DNA of 64,000 nucleotides from the human T2T-CHM13v2.0 reference genome, Homo sapiens. The notes below the pieces were generated by a model, which was not told the origin of the DNA, searched no databases, and saw only the letters and a list, made by a program, of their open reading frames with translations. The position numbers were made by a program, and so were the translations under genes. Shown piece by piece: positions 15,461-31,354 of this stretch (the stretch's first letter is position 1; every line of letters starts with the position of its first letter). The stretch lies in NCBI RefSeq assembly GCF_009914755.1, contig NC_060927.1, one strand, 5' to 3'.

Positions 15461-16589
15461 CTCACTTTAATCCATTGTTGGACAAAAGTCAACGAAACAA
15501 GTGTTTTGTTTTGTTTTGATTTTTTAAGAAAAAAAAGGAATACCAATAGACAATTTAAATAAGAAGGAGTATTATACTTTTCCAGTTTTTTTTTTTTTTT
15601 TTAGTATATTTGGATGATGTTGGCACGGGATTTAGAAGAAGAGTTTTGTGGTTCAATTCAGTATAAAAATATATACAATTATATCATATAAAAGGAATGA
15701 TGCTACTCCTACTAGAAGAGACAAAGATAAAGCAAAAATTGCTCCTGCCTCTCAGGAGTGCACATTTAATGAGGGGAAAACAAAGATACACATGAAACTA
15801 TAATAAAAAGCATAAATAAATTCATATTTTGAGCAAGAAATAAACGAAGTATCATTGGGGAAGAAAATATGCGATGATTACTTCCTATCAGGGCCATCGA
15901 AGCAGGTCTCATGAAAGAAAAGGCATTTGAGCAAAGCCTTGAAACGATGTAAAGCATTTCAAATTGTAGAAATGGCAGCAGGGGCCTTTCAGATAAGGGG
16001 ACAGAGTGGCAAAAGTGCAAAGAGAGGAGAAGCTCAGGGCTTGTTAGAGGACTAAAGTGGGCAACACAAAGAAGGAGGCAGAAAAAGCTCAGATATTCTT
16101 TTTGCCTACCACACTCTACCTATCTCAAATGAAGTTCTTCGTATTAGGTAAAAATGCTAGGAAAGAAAATAGCACACAGAATTACGATGTGCACAACCCT
16201 ACATCAGTGACTAGAGGCCCTCAGCTACCATCCTGCTCTTGTCATTATTGATTCATTTGTGTCTCTGAGAAGACTGATAGGGAGAAGAGAATTTGGGTTT
16301 TGAGATTTTTCAAGCATATGTTTGCATCTTAACCCTTATTAACTGCCTTCTATTAAGCAAGTCACATTTCTTGTCTTTGGCTCAGTTTTTTCAATTGTAT
16401 AGTTGAACTCAGTTGTTTCTAAGGTCCTTTTCAGTCTTTTTTTTTTTTTTTTTTAACATCATGTCTCCATGACTGTCTGAAACTTCAGAGAGTTGGACAC
16501 TCACTAATGGACTGGTGGTGTCTGGCACTTCTCCAGACATTTCCATTGGGAATCTAGTGGAAGGATCCTCCATTTTTCTGTAGCTTCAT

Positions 16590-16790
16590 ACACTCTCCCT
16601 TCCTTCATTCCAACTTCTCTTTTTCCTTCATTTCCTTGTTCCTTCCTTCCTCTTCTTTATTCCCCCTCTCTCTTTTCCTCCCTTTTCTTAACTCTCTCTC
16701 TTTCCCTCCTATATCCTTCTTTTTCTTTCTTTCTCTTTCTTCTTCATCTCTTTACCCCTTCATTTCTCTCTCTTTTCTTTCTACCTTTTG
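16590..16790 (+). repeat. CT-rich low-complexity tract
   Basis: Nearly pure pyrimidine composition. Confidence 0.8.
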
Positions 16791-16799
16791 TCATTTCAC

Positions 16800-17600
16800 A
16801 AATAATCTCTGACAACTTCTGTATACTTGGCACCATGGTGGGTACATGGTTATGAAGTAGGATGAGACCTGGAGCCTCCCTAGGCTACTGCCAGTGTAGT
16901 GAGTGGGACAAATAGGTGAACCGACAGTTATAGCACCATGTAGCACACACTATGATAATGAAAACCCTAAGCGAGTGGCTCACTTGGTCTTGGATAACCA
17001 GTGAAAGCTACCCAAAAGAAGAGATATCTAAACTAGGACTTGAAGAACAGGTGAGTGAAGCAGGAGAAGTAGAGAGTATTCCAAGCTCAGGAAATGGCAG
17101 GAACTGAGGTCAAGGTACAAGAGCGTTGTATGTTTGCGGTATTTTGTATATTTCATCATAGTAAGAATTTCCAGTTTAGAGAAAAGAATACAGGGGTTGG
17201 GTCATTAAGAGTTTTGCATAACATGTAAAATATAGATCTTATACCATAGGCAAGGGTTTGTCGCTGTAAGCAATATGTACATGTATTTTAGAAAGATTAA
17301 TCATTCTGGCTATCTGTGGGGAGAGATTGGAAGGGTAAAATGAGGTATGGGGAGAACAACTAGGAGACTTTTGTTATAGACCAGAAGGGAAACAATAGTG
17401 GTCTGTACTTCAGTGACAGCAAGCATGAAGAAATATGAAATAAGGGAGGCTCTAAAAATGTCAAATTGATGAGAGTTATAATTGACTGCATGTGGGGAAG
17501 TAGGTGATGAAGAGACACAGTCAAAGATGAAATCTGCCTTTCTGATCTGGGGCAATTGGAGGGGTGGTGATGTTACTCACCAAGAGTTTAAATGAATGAA
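16800..17600 (-). mobile_element. L2 remnant
   Basis: Degenerate L2-like purine-rich motifs (agaaagattaatcattctggct...gagacacagtcaaagatgaa). Confidence 0.5.
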
Positions 17601-17739
17601 AATTAGTATCTATACAGAAACCTTCATGGAGCAATGTCCCTGAACCATCCTACTATTTTTTTCTGCTTAGCTTATTATACAATACTTAGAGGTAGGAACA
17701 CAATTCTTTACAATGGAGATGTTTATAGATTTAACTTTA

Positions 17740-17960
17740 TATCAGAGGGACCTGAGGTTAAATCCCACCTTACCAGGCAGTGGCTGTATGAATTTAGACA
17801 GACTCTTAAATAGCTATAAACCACATTTCCTATTCAGTAATGAGAGAATAACAATACACACATCATAAGTTTCTTGTGAGAATTAAATGAGCTTGTGTAT
17901 CTAAAGCATTTGCCACAGCAGCAGGCAGATATGAATCAGCCAATAAATATTAGATACATT
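17740..17960 (+). mobile_element. MIR
   Basis: gacctgaggttaaatccca...ttgtgagaattaaatgag...aataaatattag. Confidence 0.65.
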
Positions 17961-18111
17961 ATTGTCTATTTGCAGTTTATTGGTTTGTTTTTGTTCTGGA
18001 GAAGGAGATGACATTTTGCATAATGTTCGCTGAACAGAGAAATATAAGGTTTAAATTCTATTCCTATTTTTGGTATTGCTTCTCTTGGAGAAATTTTGTT
18101 TCCTCCTCTAA

Positions 18112-18552
<441 letters not shown>

Positions 18553-20244
18553 TAATAGCATTGTTAATATGTTAACTACAAGATATGCAATTCTTAATTA
18601 TTTACACTGAAATAGTTTCTTCACACAGTAGTTACTGATCTCTCAATTATAAAAAGGAAAAAGTGTTTTCACAAGAAGATTTCATTTTCAGTTCATCTTT
18701 GTTAATTATTTATTGAGAACCTGCTATGTACTGAGCACTAGTATGATTAAAATTTTATTACCTCAAAACAAAGTTGCTCACATTAGTATTTATTTTATCT
18801 GTATAATCAGGTTCTCTTCTGGGATTTCTATTTGCATTAATATTACAATTCTTTTAAATATAAAGTAAATATTAAAATTATTATATCCAGCATGCCCGTT
18901 GATTATATCCATTTTTAAACTTTCCAATTGATTTCAAACTCTTTCAGCAGATGTTTGAGGCTACAAATGTTCTCTTATTTATCTCATGATTTCCTAAGTA
19001 CCTAGCACTGATGTACATTAATGTGAACTCATGATGCATTTGCTCACATGAGTTGATAGAGCGCCTAGTAACACACTTAGCATACCTGTTGAAAGAATGA
19101 ATATATTAATGATATGAGGTGATTATTGAAAATCTCACATTGAACCTTAAATAAGAAGTATGTCTGTAATGAAATGATCATTTTTTTAAAGCAAGATTTC
19201 GTATCTTGCTACAATTTAAATATTTTCAGGATATGTATTTGGTTCATTTTTAAAAATAAAATTGGAATACAAATCTGATTCTTGGGATATCTAATAAGGT
19301 TGATGAAGAGTATATTCTGGACTAGAGAATGTGGCTTTTTGCTTAGTGCTTTAAAGAGAGAAATAAAGAAAACAGAGAGAAAAAAGAAATTGATAATTTG
19401 TAATAATTTACTCAACATAAATTGTGATCTTTATCACTGGGCAATAATCATTACAAAGTTGTAATGCCATACTTTTAAAAGGAAGACATTTTAACGTATG
19501 TAACCATTTAAAAATGTTAAAATGAAAATATTTAGAAAGTTCAGATATATAACGTAGGTCATATACCTGTGAAGAGCACAAAATTTTATTTTTCTACTAA
19601 GTTGGCATTACCCATTTCTTATGATTTATACCTTTAGCCAGTGCTCCACAAATAACCAGAACTAAAACAAATAAATTTTAGCAAATAAAGTCATGTTTTT
19701 CTTTCGTATCTTATAAATGTAAGATATAAAGTAAAAAGAAAAGGCAACATTGATTATGATTATTTTAGTCTTGCTCCCTCATCTTTATTAAGGCCTGTAT
19801 TGACTCCATTTAGGCCCTGGGATAGTAAAAAATATAATATAAAATGTAAAGGTAAAATGTTCAGAGTCTTGGTTGGAAAATTTAAATGCATTTTATGTTA
19901 AAATTGAAAATGTTTCCAATTTTAGTAGTCAAACGTTATTTACTACAATATTATTAAAACTTTTGCGTCTTAATAAATATAAGTAAGTACTAAGTAGGTA
20001 TCTAAGTAGGAAAGTCACATCTTCAAGGTTAAAATATATTAGCACATGGATAGTAAAGTGGTGTGAAAATTATAAATTCTTACAATTTGTATATGCAAGG
20101 TGGTTTTTTAAAATAATATATTTTAATAGCTTATTTTCTTTTAGTTGTCTGTACATTTATAATCTTAATGCATATTGACAAAAAATAATCTTGATAGCGG
20201 TTAACCAACAATAAACATTTACAAAATCTGCTGTGTATATTTAC

Positions 20245-20301
20245 TCTCTCTCTCTCTCTGTAGATAGATACATAGATAGATAGATAGATAGACACACACA
20301 C
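20245..20301 (+). repeat. Compound microsatellite (CT)n-(TAGA)n-(CA)n
   Basis: Seen directly. Confidence 0.85.
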
Positions 20302-22581
20302 AGACATAATTTCCTATGTTACTAGAGAAGAGATAAATGCCGAACATTGTTGAATGTCTCTAATTCTCAAGTATTTTTTAGTGTTTCTAATTCTCAAAAG
20401 ATACATAAAAAGACAAGGCAGGCAAAATTGTTGCTGCTTATATTTCAAGATTGATAACAAAAGAGAAACTGGGAAAAACTAGGTTAGAGAAGTCTTAATG
20501 GGAGACTGCTATAGAGTCCAGAATAAGAAATCCCAGGATTAAGGAACTAATTTATGTCACTGTAACTCAAGTTGGAAGAGTCATCATCTCTATGGTTTCC
20601 TAACACTTTTAAGTGACATCCTACTCATTTTTAGTACTGTGGTAAACACTTTCCAGAGCCAGTTGAGTAAACAAGGTCCAGAATGACACCAAATCAATGT
20701 AAGCTCTTCAGTCTAAATCATAATTTTTTGGCTTCTGGATTTAGCTGTTTTTGTTTATTTAGTCAAGTAGAAATTGCACTTATTAAGTAGCAACTGTGCA
20801 TATAATAACCATTTTCTGCTCCAAACTTCCAATGAGAGTATATGAATTGATTGACAAATTGAGATTTTCTTATCCTCACTAAACATTTATTAAGCACCTA
20901 TTATGTATCAAGAGTAAGAGACTGTATGCTCCTTGAAGCCAGCTGCCATGTTTGTCTTTATTATCGCTGTATCTCCAGCATTAATATAGTCGGCATGTTG
21001 ACTAGTAAATGACAGGCATTTAATAAATATAGTTTGAAGAATAACAGATGACCTATAATTGCACATACAAAAGATAATGCAATATTTTAAATGCTATAAT
21101 AATATGGACAAATTCCTGTGGGATTTCAGGGTAGAAAGTGATAAATGCCAGCTAGAGAGACTTGGGTGGTGGGAGGCTAATGAAAAAACAGAAGTCTTTA
21201 AAATGGGGCTTGAATAATAAGTAGAAGTTTGACAGGTTGAGAGCAAGGAGAGTTATTCTCATTAGTATAATTAGTATATACCAGGAAGAGAAAACTCAAA
21301 TGCCTTAAGGAACCAAGTAGCCAGCGTTCACGAGAGAGGCAGGTTGGGTAGGATCTGTGGGGAACCTGGTGAGCCTGAGCTCCACCTAAATGGGAGCAGC
21401 CACTCCTTTCTTGCCAGTTGTTGCTTTGTGAGACTGGTGAGTTCAGGTACCCAGAATGACCAAGTTTCTAAGGGAACCCTGAAATCTGAACTGTTCTGTA
21501 AAATCTCTACACATTTTTGGCAACTAATTAAGAGATTTTTTGCTTTCCTCATGCTTGTGACTTCTACTTTATTATTGTACCTTAAATAAACCTACCTCTC
21601 TCCATTTAGCAGGTAATCCACTCTTCACTTTTGGGAACAATAGATATTCATTGAAACAATACAAATTAGCATTGTTTTAACGTTATTTATCAATATATAA
21701 GTTGCATGTTAGAAGGAGAAATTTTAAATTTATAATCCTCTATTTCAGACAACTCTGTCAGATTAAAAGTTATTACTTAACATTTGCATTTTTTACCCTT
21801 TAAGAAAGGTTAACTATGATATTTGAAACATCAGTCTGCTTTTTTAAGAACCCTGTCTTAAAATTTTCAAGAATTTAGATTTGCTTGCTTTTTAGTTTCT
21901 AATAAGCCATTTTACAACAGAGGAATAAGTAAATGAAGATGATAAATCATACCAGAGAGCATTCCTAAATATAATAAAAAACATGAAAAATTGTAACCTT
22001 GTCTTTTGTGCACAAAGGCACCTTTAAGGGTGTCTCCAGTGAGTGCTACATTAACACAGAAGTTTAGTTAATTACAGCCACTATTCTCACGTACCTTAAC
22101 TGAGTGTGAATACCAAGCCATCTAATAGTGTGCCCCTGAGCATTAATACCTAATGAAATTGGATTCCTTGTTTTCTCTAATGAGCTCATTGCTTTTCTAA
22201 ATATGGTCATTGCAGGTAAATGATCAATAGCCTTGAAACTGATACCACTACTGAATTATTTTGGCAAGATGGAAATACTCTTATTTGTGTAAAATAAGAA
22301 TTTTTGAATATGCATTTCAGATCACTTTCTAAATAATGTCATGTATGACAGGAATGACCATAGTAGGCTAGTTTGTTTCAGTGGCTGGCTTATACAGTAA
22401 GAAATTGTGGAGAGTCGCTGTCTGATTTACAGCACAGTGCCTTCAAACTTGTATCACCTAGCTTGAGCTAAAGTGAACTGGATGCAGCGTGTTCCTGTTC
22501 ATTAAGACACTACAGGGCAGTCAGCTTTGAGAAGATCTGTTTTCTGTTATGATATAGCAGTTCTGTACAAACTGTCTCTAA

Positions 22582-23012
22582 TATACTAATTTCCTATAGT
22601 TGCCGTAACAAATGACCATAAACTCGGTGGCTTAACAAAAGATAACTTTATTCTCTCACAGTTCTGGAGGCTGGAAGCTTATAATCAAGAAGTTGGCAAG
22701 GCTGCGCTGCCCCTGAAAGTTCTGGAAGAATCCGTTCTTAGCCTCTTCCAGCTTCTGGTGGCTGTAGGCATTCCTTGACTTGTAGCTTTATCCCTCCAAT
22801 GTCTCTGCCTCAGAGGTCACATTGCATCTTTCTTTTGTCTGTTTCTCTCCTGCATGTGTCTCTTATAATGAAATTTGTCAGCCCACCTGTATAACCCAAT
22901 ATGATCTCAAGGTCCTCAGTTACATTTTCAAAGATCCTTTTTCCAAATAAGGTCATATACTGGTGGTAAGAATGTGGACATATCTTTCTGAGGGCCTCCA
23001 TCTTTCTCCACC
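22582..23012 (-). mobile_element. MLT1-family MaLR solo LTR
   Basis: gttgccgtaacaaatgaccataaactcggtggcttaa...ttctctcacagttctggaggctggaag...ttccaaataaggtcat. Confidence 0.8.
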
Positions 23013-23602
23013 TTCACTGTGGTTAGTTAGTAAAGCCTAACACAGCCACTACTCAAGTCATTATGATGTTTAAGCACTTTACTACCACTATTTTTATTTA
23101 TTGAGCATATCATTTATATTGCGTGTGTATTTGTAATTTTTAATTCTTATAACCATCCTATGATTATCTCCCGTATACAGATAAGGAGATTGAGGATCAA
23201 AAAAGGTAAGATCTTCCCCAAGGTTACAACATAGATAGTAAGAGTTTCAATCTATATTTAATATTTAATGCATATATAAATTTAATTTACGTGTAATGCA
23301 CATATAAATTTAGACGTCCACATTATTTAGAAATTTATATGTTGAATTTCACAAGATAGCTGTTTATCATTAGATTTTTTGATCTCTGTGTTACACAGGA
23401 TGAGATAATCCTCCAGAAAGTCCAAGAATTGTTTCCAACTTAAACCTAAGGAGGAGCATGCCAAGGTGAAGTTCGCAGAATAATAGCCTTGGGATGAGAT
23501 CCAAGTTAGGGCTTACTTCACCCAAAGCTATCATCCAATACCCAATTCTGGATTACTTTATTTTAAAATGGATTTGGAATTCTTTTTAAAAAAATGTTTT
23601 TA

Positions 23603-23897
23603 GGCTGGGCACGGTGCCTCACGCCTGTAATCCCAGCACTTTGGGAGGCCGAGGTGGGCGGATCACCTGAGGTCAGGAGTTCGAGATCAGCCTGACCAAC
23701 ATGGGGAAACCCCGTCTCTACTAAAAATACTTAAAAAAAAAAGTAGCCTGGCGTGGTGGCGCATGCCTGTAATCCCATCTACTCGGGAGGCTGAGGCAGG
23801 AGAATCGCTTGAACCCAGAAGGTGGAGGTTGCCGTGAGCCGATCGCGCCATTGCACTCCAGCCTGGGGAAAACAGCGAGACTCTGCCTCAAAAAAAA
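23603..23897 (+). mobile_element. AluS (Sp/Sq-like)
   Basis: Full dimer with approximate TSD aaaaaaatgttttt. Confidence 0.95.
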
Positions 23898-24130
23898 TTG
23901 TTTTTTAAACATTTGTAACTGTTTAAACAATTTTTTAGCACATATGCATCTTCTTAAATGGGGTACCTAGTGATGTTTTGATACATATAATGTATAGTGA
24001 TCCCATTAGGGTAATTAGCATACCCATCATCTCAAACATTTATTTTTTGTTGGAAACATTAAATATCCTTTTTTCTAGCTAATTGAAATTATATCATTAT
24101 TAACAATAGCCATCCTAGAGTGCTATAGAA

Positions 24131-24487
24131 CAGGGGTCCACAACCCCCAGGCCACAGACCAGTACTAGTCCGTGGCCTGTTAGTAACTGGGCTGTGCAGT
24201 GGGAGGTGAGCAGTGAGCAAGTGAGCATTACCGCCTAATGGTGGACAGAAGCTCCACCTTCTGTCGGATCAGCGGCAGTATTCGATTCTCATAGGAGTGC
24301 AAACCCTGTTGTGAACTGCACATGCGAGGGTTCTGAGTTGCATGCTCCTTACAAGCACCTAATGCCTGATGATCTGAGCTGGAACAGTTTCATCCAAAAG
24401 CATCCCCAACCCCCTACCCACTGGTTCCATGGAAAAATTGTCTTGCACGAAACCGGTCCCTGGTGCCAAAAAGGTTGAAGACCACTG
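24131..24487. mobile_element. MER1B hAT-Charlie element
   Basis: TIRs caggggtccacaacc...ggttgaagaccactg and 8-bp TSD ctatagaa/gtatagaa. Confidence 0.9.
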
Positions 24488-24616
24488 GTATAGAACACTG
24501 GAACTTATTCCTCTTATCTAGCTGCAATTTTGTATCTCTTAACAAATCTCTCCTTGTTCCTTGGCCCCTACCCTTCCCAGCCTTCAGTATCCTCTGTCTT
24601 ATTTTTTACCTCGAGG

Positions 24617-24911
<295 letters not shown>

Positions 24912-26651
24912 GAGATCAACTTCTTATAGCTTCCACATATGAGTAAAAATATGCAATGTTTAACTTTCTATTCCTGGCTTATTTCATTTAACATTATTCA
25001 GTTCCATCCATGCTGACTTAAATAAAAGAATTTCATTTTTTAAATTGTTAAATAGTATTCCATTGTGTAGATATACCATATTGTATTTACCCATTGCTCT
25101 GTGGTTGGATATCTAGGTTGATTCCATGTCTTGGCTATTGTGAATAGTGTCACAAAGAGCATGGAGGTGCGCACATACTGATTTCCTTTCCTTTGAATAA
25201 ATGCCCAGTAGTGAGATTTGTTGGATCATAAAGAATGGGTTTTAAACACACTGCAATGCTCAGGAGCACACCCACACACTGCTGTGTTTGAGTCCTATCT
25301 CCTCCATTAACTATGCTTTCTTGGGGTTACTTAACTTTCCTGTGCCCCAATTTCCTCATTTGTAAAATGGATGATAAATAATATCTCTTAACGTCCCTTA
25401 AGAAATAAGAAAAATAATAATATGCTAAATAGTAACTGCTTTATGGTATAGACTCTGTATTGAATAATTATTACCAACTATAAGTATTTTACATATAAAG
25501 TAGTAATAGAGGTAAAACATTCAGAATCGCGATGAAGTTGCAAGCAGTAGAATTTTATTTGGCACATAACACGGCCTCAAAAAATAGCATGGGGCAGAGA
25601 GTTTCATAGTGCATGTATTCCCGCACTCCTTTGCATTCCTCATCCCACCCTGCTCTGTTATTTATTCTTTCTTGGGGAAAAAATTAAGTTTTTATTTTCC
25701 AAGATAATTCATAGTTAAACTTTACTAAACTATTCCCAGATACAGAAGGTAATTTGAATCCATAACTGGGTCAGAGGAAACAATTGTATTAGCTCTGTTC
25801 CATATGCGTGAGCTCTATCAAGAACACCTGAAACTATTTTCTGTTGGCATGTTTACGATTCTAAGAAATCTATTGTGACTTACGGTTTGTAGATAAAGTA
25901 TGAGAAGGTTCAGGGAACTGGTACCTTCTAGCTCTAAGTGGATTCTTAGAGTCATCTGCACATCATTTCCAAGTAAAAATGGATTACAGTCGTCAAGTTG
26001 TATGAAATTAATGCTCAATCTGCTTACATCCTTTACATAGCTTAAGCATTTATAATATATCATTGGAGCAATAAATAAGACTTGGGGCCTTTATATATTT
26101 TATTTATTGGCATCTTTTCATTTATTGGTTTTCTTTGCTAATTATTTTATATTTATAAACTTCATATATAAAGATAATATTTTTCTTCATGGAACTCAGT
26201 ATTCGTGATAAAGAAACAATATATATTTTTAATAGACTCAAGGTGTCAACAGTTATCATCTATTGTTATATATATATATATTTTTTGGTGAGTAAATGTC
26301 AGCACAGTGACATGAAATGATGTTTTTCCATAACCATAACTCAATGGTGGAAGCAGCCACAGATATTTAAATATATTTAGCTCTGGTTTTATCTCTTCCA
26401 GACGTGACTTATTTCTCTACCCCCACCCTTCATGAGGAAGTGGATTCATTTCCTGGCCCAGAAAGGCTTCAATTGTCAGTGCTTAAGGGAAAATATTCTA
26501 ATACGCATTGTTTGTTGTAAATGAAGTTCTGATCACATGTGTAACCACTTACTTTGCTATCAAACACAACCACCAACTTCTCTTTTTGATCAAGGGGAAC
26601 TGAACTGTGCCTGCATGAATTGTTTCACACGGTGTCTTCTCTAACATCTAG

Positions 26652-26754
26652 GTGAGCACAAAATGCCGAGGCCTCTGGTGGGAATGCGTCACAAATGCTT
26701 TTGATGGGATTCGCACCTGTGATGAGTACGATTCCATACTTGCGGAGCATCCCT
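26652..26754 (+). CDS. CLDN16: Claudin-16 coding exon 2 (ECL1: [34 protein letters not shown])
   Basis: Acceptor catctag|GTG, donor CCT|gtacgt, 103 nt. Carries the claudin signature GLW-x2-C...C. Absent from the ORF track and read directly. Confidence 0.96.
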
Positions 26755-27359
26755 GTACGTATGCCTTAGAGCTCACTGCTTGCCAGGAAGGGAAAGGGAC
26801 AGAAAACTGAGTTCAGGTTTCCATTTTGTGCTTTGTTTTCTATTGTACTATATTAAGGTTCGGTCCAGTTTGTAATGGTTAGAAATTGAGCTCATCTCGG
26901 AAATGTGAATTGAAATATATACTTCAGCACATTTTCTCTTTTCTCATATATTTGTAAATTCATTGAGGGAAAAATATTATCTTATTAATCTCTGCTGTCC
27001 CTCAGAGGGCCAGGCATAGTGCTTCATACTCAGCAGGCTTACAGTAAATGGTTTTTTAATCGAAATAAACTCTTTAGGGTGCTGTAATTTCATTATTAAA
27101 CTGGACGGGTTAGGGGGAAAGCATTTCAGAGATGTTTTAAGCTATGACTTAGTTCAAATAGAAAGTTTACAGTTATTTCAGTTGAAGGTTAGCTAAGAAA
27201 GAGAGAGTGGCAGAGGCAGAAAGAGGCAGACAGCCAGAGAGAGAGACATAGACTATGGGGATCAGTGGAAGAAAAAACCAACACATGTGACGCACTGTTA
27301 CAGGCAATATTGAAGCTGGCTCCCTTATCTTCCTTACTTTTAGCTTTAAATTATAGTTA

Positions 27360-27670
<311 letters not shown>

Positions 27671-29021
27671 ATTATAGTTACATGTCAGCAGAGCCCATGT
27701 TGCTATGAATAAAGAAATGTCTTAAATTTAAAAATCTTACTGTTGATTCTCTCAATCCTTCTCCATAGTGTTTATTTGTTTATTTATAAGAACATCGAAC
27801 CCTGCTAAGAAACATCTGTTCTGTTATGAAAGCAAAGTGGTTTTAGTCTCTTTCAAAGCAAATGATGGGTGATGGCACCATAAGGCAACTTCTTTTCTCA
27901 AGATAAATAAAAAATTAAGCCCTTGGAATGTGACTTTTCCCCTGAACCTCTATTTCAGTCCAGAGGAAAGCACTTAAAAACAGCAGCACTCTAAAATTCT
28001 TCATCTGCTATTTAAAAGTTGGGTGCGTGGAACATTTTTAAAAACATAGTTCATAAGGTCTTTGTTTTATTTTTGTTAAAAAGGATTTTCTTAATTCTTT
28101 TTCTTTTCCCCTCTCTGTGCTAACCTAGTTCTACCTACAAAGAAACACTATTTGCTGAATAGGAATGGACATTTTGTCTATTCTAAAAATTCATTAAAAT
28201 GGATTTTAATTCATAAGCTGATAAGAAAATGAAAAATTAAAAAAAATTTAAAACTTTTAAATACTGTTATATACATTTATGCAAGAAGAAAATATAATCA
28301 CTCATAAGCTCACTACGTAGAGAAAACCACTGTTTATATTTAATATGTTCCTTTTTCATCTTTGACCTATGTAACCTATTAACATATGGGGGTAGAGAAA
28401 TAAGTCACGTCTGGAAGAGATAAAACCCATATGGCCTAATATGTAATATTGGCCAAGAAGAGTCATGATTTAAATAGCTGAAAGAGAAAATGATCTAATT
28501 TCCAGAAATTACCTTCTACTTAATAGCACAAACTAACTCTCCTTCTTCTAAAGATCTCCTTATGGCTTCTTCTATCCTGAACTGGCAAAAAGAAGTCTTG
28601 AAATATTTTATTCTGCTTCCCTGTGTCAAATTTTAGCCAATTATTATTTTTAAATAAAAAAAAATTAAAGTGATTATTTATTCAATATTTATTAAGAAAT
28701 TTTTGTAGGACAGATATGCTACCTTCGATTCAGCAATCGGCTACAATATTTGTGAATGAGACATTTTCCAGAGTAGGAGGCAAAAAGGAAAACATTTATT
28801 TAGTTTCCACTATCTACCAGGATGCTCTCTGCTAGCATACCAACAACAAAACTAAGTGGTGAACTGTGGTTAAACAAGCAATAATGTCAATAATCTCATA
28901 TTTTTTAGTTTTATGAAAACATTAGGGGTACTTATGTTCAAGTTCATACAAAGTCTGACTTTTACCGGAGGGGTGTGTTAATGTTACCTACTTGTCTGTT
29001 TTTTTTGCTATGTCTCTGTGA

Positions 29022-29285
<264 letters not shown>

Positions 29286-29462
29286 TAAGGGCTTGAGGTG
29301 AAGGAGAGAGTTGTGCTGAAGCTGCTCATTTTCGGATTATATGTGGCTTCCCTTTCTAGATTGAAAAACTAAAGGTCACTTCTACCAGCCCTGCATACTT
29401 TAGCTTTGAAGTCAGCTAATTAGTCTTTTGTTAATATCTCAGAACAAAATATGAAGCTCTCA

Positions 29463-29831
<369 letters not shown>

Positions 29832-30970
29832 TTAAAATAATTTATCTTGTGATTATTACTGAAGTTAAAATCCTAAAGTAAGCCCCAAACTTCTACCTCC
29901 TTACCTATACCCACCACCACCAACTCCACCAATTCTTTTTAACAATAAACTAACAATTGTGCCAAGTCCTATGTTAAACTTGTCCCACGTACTAACCCAT
30001 TTGTTCATAAATGTAACAATAAACAGATCATATTGTTATCCTCACTTAAGATGCAGATAAATAATTGAAGTTCTGAGGACTGGTCAAGCATATTTATTAG
30101 TCAAGCATGACTAATAAACAACATATCAAAAAGCACTTTAAGTAGTATTTATTAGTGAAACAGCAAAAATGATACTTTATTCAGGTCTGTCTTCAACTTC
30201 AAAGCTTAGTCCTCTTCTTTTGCAACATAATGTCTTCTTCTTGTCTGTTAGCAGGAAAAATCTTGTCTGCTAACAAAGCGAATATAAGTGGCAGCCTGAC
30301 CAGGCAGTGTGGGGTAGTACATCGATATGGAGTTTGGAACTAGAAACACTTGTAGATATGTATGTGTGATATATTCACCCGTGTCTCTGTTTCCTGATCT
30401 GCAAAGAGGCATGAGGCTAAGGTAGTAACATGTAGCCTGAATTGCTATGGTGAAGATGCAATGTGGGCACAGCAAACTGTTAGCTGACTGCCTAACCCTT
30501 TGTATGCTCAGAACTTGGGCCTCCCTGACTTTTGACACAGAAATGTTAAGTCAACGTCCTAATAATCCTCAGATTGTATTATAAAGTTACAAAAATTTAG
30601 AATTCTTCCCTTCTGTAAGTCATTTATTTAATTATCCCACCTACTGACAGCATAGAACTTTTTAATATACAATGTAATTCATTTAACAGATTTAAACATT
30701 ATTTAATCTAATTATTTACGGCTATATAATTTTGTTCGAGAATATTTTTGAGCTATCATCAGTAAATAACCCATCTTATGTAAAACAACAAAACAAATAG
30801 CATTTAAAAAATAAGTCACTGAAGAAAATCCTGATAGGAATGACTGAAGAAATAACTAAATTGAAAGACAAAGCATGTCCTAAGCTTTGGAAACTTTAGA
30901 ATTAGTGTGCTATAAAATTTATTTTTAAAGTCTATAATCTGTTTTGAAGGTTTAGAAAGGGAATTTCTAA

Positions 30971-31354
<384 letters not shown>

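Noticed and set aside
18701-18713. HNF1-like sites (GTTAATTATTTAT here, GGTTAATTATAACC near 49461)
   Set aside because: AT-rich motif expected by chance in this composition, and cannot be supported without ChIP data.
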